From NCBI GenBank assembly GCA_040003795.1, contig JBDUBV010000003.1, positions 1 through 42,429 on the forward strand: a DNA stretch of 42,429 nt, read 5' to 3'. The notes under the pieces were generated by a model. The model had not been told where the DNA came from, ran no database searches, and saw nothing but the letters and a program-made list of their open reading frames with translations. Below, piece after piece: positions 38,113 to 42,429 of the stretch. Position 1 is the stretch's first letter. Each line of letters starts with the position of its first letter. A program made the translations under genes and the position numbers. The DNA is from Pseudonocardiales bacterium. GTDB lineage: Bacteria; Actinomycetota; Actinomycetes; Mycobacteriales; QHCA01.

Positions 38113-40905
38113 ATGACGGAGACGGTTGGCACCAAGAGGGGTGCGGCTCGCGCCGGCCTCACGATCGAGCGCCTCTTCACGACCGAGGGAATGCACCCCT
38201 ACGACACGGTGACCTGGGAGCGCCGCGACGTCGTGCTGACCAACTGGCGTGATGGCTCGGTCAACTTCGAGCAGCGCGGGGTGGAGTTCCCCGACTTCTA
38301 CTCGGTCAACGCTGCCAACATCGTTTCGAGCAAGTACTTCCGTGGCGCGGTCGGCAGTGACGTCCGGGAGTCCAGTCTGCGGCAGCTGATCGACCGGGTC
38401 GTCGACACCTACAGCGCCGCCGGCCTGGAGCACGGCTACTTCGCCACGTCGAAGGACGCCGAGGTGTTCAACCACGAGCTGAAGTACGCCCTGCTGCACC
38501 AGTACTTCAGCTTCAACTCACCGGTCTGGTTCAACGTCGGCACGCCGGCCCCGCAGTTCGTCAGCGCCTGCTTCATCCTCTCCGTCGACGACGACATGGA
38601 CTCGATCCTGGACTGGTACAAGGAGGAGGGCCTGATCTTCAAGGGCGGGTCCGGCGCGGGGGTCAACCTGTCCAAGATCCGCTCGTCGCGGGAGCTGCTG
38701 TCCTCGGGCGGCACCGCGTCCGGGCCGGTGTCCTTCATGCGCGGTGCGGACGCCTCTGCCGGCACTATCAAGTCCGGCGGGGCCACCCGGCGCGCTGCCA
38801 AGATGGTGGTGCTCGACGTGGACCACCCCGACATCGAGGAGTTCATCGAGCTCAAGGCGCGCGAGGAGGAGAAGATCCGCGTGCTGCGCGACGCCGGCTT
38901 CGACATGGACCTCGGCGGCAAGGACATCACCAGCGTGCAGTACCAGAACGCCAACAACTCGGTCCGGGTCAGCGACGAGTTCATGCGCGCGGTGGAGGAG
39001 GGTAAGGAGTTTCACCTCCGGGCCCGCAAGGACAACCGGATCCTGCAGACCGTCGATGCCCGTGAGCTGTTCCGCAAGATGGCCAGGGCGGCATGGGAGT
39101 GCGCCGACCCCGGCATCCAGTACGACGACACGATCAACGACTGGCACACCAACCCCGAGAGCGGTCGCATCACGGCGAGCAACCCGTGCAGCGAGTACCT
39201 CAGCCTCGACAACTCCTCCTGCAACCTTGCCTCCCTCAACCTGATGCGGTTCCGCAAGGCCGACGGCACCTTCGACGCCCCGCTGTTCGCCAAGGTGGTG
39301 GAGCTCGTCGTCACCGCGATGGACATCTCGATCTGCTTCGCCGACTTCCCGACCGACAAGATCGGCCAGACCACCCGCGACTACCGCCAGCTCGGTGTCG
39401 GCTACTGCAACCTGGGCGCTCTGCTGATGTCCACCGGGCACGCCTACGACGGCGAGGACGGCCGCGCGATGGCCGCCGCAATCACCTCCCTGATGACCGG
39501 TGCGGCCTACAAACGCTCGGCTGAGCTGGCCGGCGTCGTGGGTCCATACGCGGGCTATGCCAAGAACGCCCACGCCCACACCCGGGTGATGCGCAAGCAC
39601 GCTGCCGCCACCGATGTGGTCCGCACGATGGGGGCCGACGACGCCGCCGTCCTGGCCGAGGCGACCGCTGCCTGGCAGGCCTGCCTGACCACCGGCGAGG
39701 CCAACGGCTGGCGCAACGCCCAGGCCAGCGTGCTGGCACCGACCGGCACCATCTCCTTCTTCATGGACGCCGACACCACCGGGGTCGAGCCCGATCTGGC
39801 GCTGGTGAAGTACAAGAAGCTGACCGGCGGCGCGTCGATGCAGATCGTCAACCGCACGGTGCCGATGGCATTGCGCAAGCTCGGTTACAACGAGGAGACG
39901 GTCGAGGCGATCGTCGAGTACATCACCGAGCACGGCCACGTCGTCGATGCACCGGGCATGCGCGAGGAGCACTACGAGGTCTTCGACTGCGCGATGGGGG
40001 AGCGCTCCATCTCCTGGATGGGGCATGTGCGGATGCTGGCCGCGGTGCAGCCATTCCTGTCCGGCACCGCCAGCAAAACCGTCAACCTGCCGGCCAGCGC
40101 GACGATCGACGACATCGAGAAGGCCTATTTCCAGGCGTGGAAGTCCGGGCTCAAGGCGCTGGCCGTCTACCGCGACAACTCCAAGGTCGGCCAGCCGCTT
40201 TCCGATACCTCAGGCAAGAAGCAGGCGGCCGCCGCGGCGGTCATCGAGAGCCGGCCGGTGCGCAAGCGGCTGCCCAAGAAGCGGCCGTCGCAGACCGTCT
40301 CCTTCGCCGTAGGTGGTGCCGAGGGCTACATGACCGCGGGCTCCTACCCCGACGACGGCCTGGGCGAGGTGTTCCTCAAGCTGGGCAAGCAGGGCTCGAC
40401 CCTGGCCGGCGTGATGGACGCCTTCTCGATCGCCATCTCCATCGCTCTGCAGTACGGCGTGCCGCTGGAGACCTATGTCTCCAAGTTCACCAACATGCGC
40501 TTCGAGCCGGCCGGCATGACCGACGACCCAGACATCCGGATCGCCAACTCGGTGATGGACTACATCTTCCGTCGGCTGGCCCTGGACTACCTGCCCCTGG
40601 ACACCCGCGCCGAGCTCGGGATCTTCACGGCGGCGGAGCGGATGGCCACGCTGGATGCAGGGTCCGGTGCCGGCGTCGCCGAGGCCGAGCCGGACATCGA
40701 GGGGATGCGGTCCTCCGCTCCCGTCGAGCCGCTCAAGACGGCGGCGGCTCGGCCGGAGATGGCCACCGGCGGCGTGGGCGGGCAGACCCTGTCCGGCCAG
40801 ACGGCCATCGACGCCCCGCTCTGCATGACCTGCGGGGTCAAGATGCGCCCGGCCGGCAGCTGCTACGTCTGCGAGTCCTGCGGCAGCACCAGCGGCTGCA
40901 GCTGA
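38113..40905 (+). CDS. nrdJ: adenosylcobalamin-dependent (class II) ribonucleotide reductase
   Basis: FNSPVWFN, SACFI, GGATRRAAKM, NPCSE, CNLASLNL, APTGTIS, TSCPD-like domain and C-terminal CxxC...CxxC; no intein. Confidence 0.96.
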   Translation: MTETVGTKRGAARAGLTIERLFTTEGMHPYDTVTWERRDVVLTNWRDGSVNFEQRGVEFPDFYSVNAANIVSSKYFRGAVGSDVRESSLRQLIDRVVDTYSAAGLEHGYFATSKDAEVFNHELKYALLHQYFSFNSPVWFNVGTPAPQFVSACFILSVDDDMDSILDWYKEEGLIFKGGSGAGVNLSKIRSSRELLSSGGTASGPVSFMRGADASAGTIKSGGATRRAAKMVVLDVDHPDIEEFIELKAREEEKIRVLRDAGFDMDLGGKDITSVQYQNANNSVRVSDEFMRAVEEGKEFHLRARKDNRILQTVDARELFRKMARAAWECADPGIQYDDTINDWHTNPESGRITASNPCSEYLSLDNSSCNLASLNLMRFRKADGTFDAPLFAKVVELVVTAMDISICFADFPTDKIGQTTRDYRQLGVGYCNLGALLMSTGHAYDGEDGRAMAAAITSLMTGAAYKRSAELAGVVGPYAGYAKNAHAHTRVMRKHAAATDVVRTMGADDAAVLAEATAAWQACLTTGEANGWRNAQASVLAPTGTISFFMDADTTGVEPDLALVKYKKLTGGASMQIVNRTVPMALRKLGYNEETVEAIVEYITEHGHVVDAPGMREEHYEVFDCAMGERSISWMGHVRMLAAVQPFLSGTASKTVNLPASATIDDIEKAYFQAWKSGLKALAVYRDNSKVGQPLSDTSGKKQAAAAAVIESRPVRKRLPKKRPSQTVSFAVGGAEGYMTAGSYPDDGLGEVFLKLGKQGSTLAGVMDAFSIAISIALQYGVPLETYVSKFTNMRFEPAGMTDDPDIRIANSVMDYIFRRLALDYLPLDTRAELGIFTAAERMATLDAGSGAGVAEAEPDIEGMRSSAPVEPLKTAAARPEMATGGVGGQTLSGQTAIDAPLCMTCGVKMRPAGSCYVCESCGSTSGCS

Positions 40906-41129
40906 CAGCGGGCGATATTTTGCCTGTGCCGATGGTGCTACGAGGAAGCCGAGGCCCGATCGCCTAGGCTCATTTCGGTGGAATGACCAGCCAGCGGCCG
41001 GCCGCCCCACGACCCGCCCGTAAGGGGCCCTTATACGGCACAGCTTGCCGCCGATACCGGGGGGCCTGAGGGCGATCAGGGTCTGGATGACCTGGACGCG
41101 GGCATGGTGATGTTGATGCGCCGGCCCTC

Positions 41130-41813
41130 TCAACCCACCGTCCGACATTCGGCGGTGGCGCGGTAACGGTCGATCCACTCGTTGTTCGTTTCATCGGCTT
41201 GGCGGTGATTCCGAGGTGCAATCGTCCGATCATCGGGAAGCTGAAGGCCGAGGAAGTTCAGGATTGCGTCCATGACGCCGGCCACGTCGGCGATCAACTC
41301 TTCGTAGCCCACCAGGTGCGGTCGAACGTCGCTCGCGGCGAACCAAGCCCGCCATGCCGCGTTGTGCGCCTCGATAGTCTCGACTAGGCCGTGGATCTGC
41401 TCGAAATCGAAGCGAGGGTCGCGCCCGGGTGTGGCTGTGTCTCCTGGGTGCCAGTAGTTGATCTGCTCGGCGCGCGCCCACGACACCGCTTGGGCGAGCG
41501 TGTTCTCTCGCCAGAGGTGAAGAAAGCGCGTCCGGCCGAATGCTCCCGTCAGTCGGTCGAGATCGGTGCCCGCGAGTTCCGGGCGCACGGCGCCGAGCCT
41601 GGCGACGATCTCTTCCATCGTTGCCCACATGACCCTGGCGCCGAAGACACCGTTGTCCGTACTTCCTTCTGCCACGGCCGCCCGTACGAAGTCCTGGTAG
41701 TCGAAGCATCCATCTGAGTCTCGCGTGAGCTGCCACCGGTCGGCCCACGACTGCTCGTCGGCCAGTCGGAAGTAGGACTCGGGTCGGCCCGCGACCCCAG
41801 TGGAGCGCAGCAA
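41130..41813 (-). pseudogene. Stf0-family sulfotransferase, 5'-truncated
   Basis: LLRSTGVAGRPESYF, T.NGVFG, L.R.N.LAQAVSW.RA.Q, YEEL; in-frame TGA just upstream and no RxGS PAPS-binding loop. Confidence 0.7.
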
Positions 41814-42429
41814 CCGTATCCGGGCGCCCTGTCAGTGGTGACCCTCCGAGCCTGCTGGCAAGCGCGCAGGGGTGTGGTCGCCGACCCGCACCATCGACTG
41901 TGTCATGTCAGGGATCCCCAGCGGGACACCGCGACGCTGGGGCACTACGGCAGCCTCGCACGCCAGGTGTCCCGTAAAGGCCCGCCCGCGATCCACGCCC
42001 CCTGGAGGTCGCCCAGCCTCGACAGGCCGGCGGTGACCAGACTGCGAGACTCTGGATCACCTTGCACACCTTCTCTCGGCAGCGCGCCATTGTGCTGTGG
42101 CCGCCGTCCAATGGTCATGCAGCGGGCGGGCCCATTGCTGGGCCCGGGTCGAGCCCACAGTGCGATTCGCCCATGGCATTGCGGGCAGTCAGCGGCGGCG
42201 CGCTGAGTCCTGCGGCGCACCGAGGACCTTGGGCAGTCATGAACCGGAGCAGGAATCCCAAGGCGGGCATCGCCTGTTAGGGAGCCGGAACCCAACCGAT
42301 TCTCCGCTAGTACAGGCCGGTTTCACTCGTCGGCCTCGTCGGCTCGGCCGGGTCTCCGTGCTGCACTGGCTCCTCAGGGGTCCGTTGCTGCGGAGGAAGC
42401 CGGTGCCGACCGGGTTGCCTTTGCGCGGC

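Noticed and set aside
41835-42429. Short ORFs and hairpins at the right end
   Set aside because: No recognisable motif or consistent codon bias, and the missing Stf0 N-terminus was not found there; left unannotated.
1-42429. CRISPR array, tRNA/rRNA, prophage or defence system
   Set aside because: No regularly spaced repeats, cloverleaf or rRNA-like sequence, or phage/defence protein motifs were seen.

Overview
High-GC actinobacterial chromosomal segment, mostly core genes. Left to right: frameshifted lipoprotein fragment, tam, VOC protein, long Lhr helicase, acyl-CoA dehydrogenase, DUF3046, LppM-like lipoprotein, decayed PCD/VOC gene, recA (365-aa intein at the G|S site), recX, rny, alpha/beta-hydrolase lipoprotein, a decayed IS481-like element split by an ECF sigma remnant, GNAT, miaB, DUF349, dioxygenase-like gene, miaA, ggt, dapF, a secreted metzincin-like protein, malic enzyme, a glycolate-type operon (aceB-glcDEF-permease), hflX, lexA, LysM/ChiZ-like gene, nrdR, nrdJ and a truncated Stf0-like sulfotransferase. 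No tRNA, rRNA or CRISPR array was seen. The most interesting signal is non-coding: a ~265-nt leader upstream of RNase Y in which one anti-SD segment can pair either with the leader 5' end (long rod with an A/C-rich bulge) or with the rny ribosome-binding site, making it a candidate RNA switch or 6S/Ms1-like RNA. The recA, lexA/LysM, lhr and nrdRJ promoters show layered LexA, PafBC, NrdR and DnaA-box motifs plus a shared CGACACGCCG 10-mer. All calls come from reading the sequence and recalling protein families; no searches or folding programs were run.
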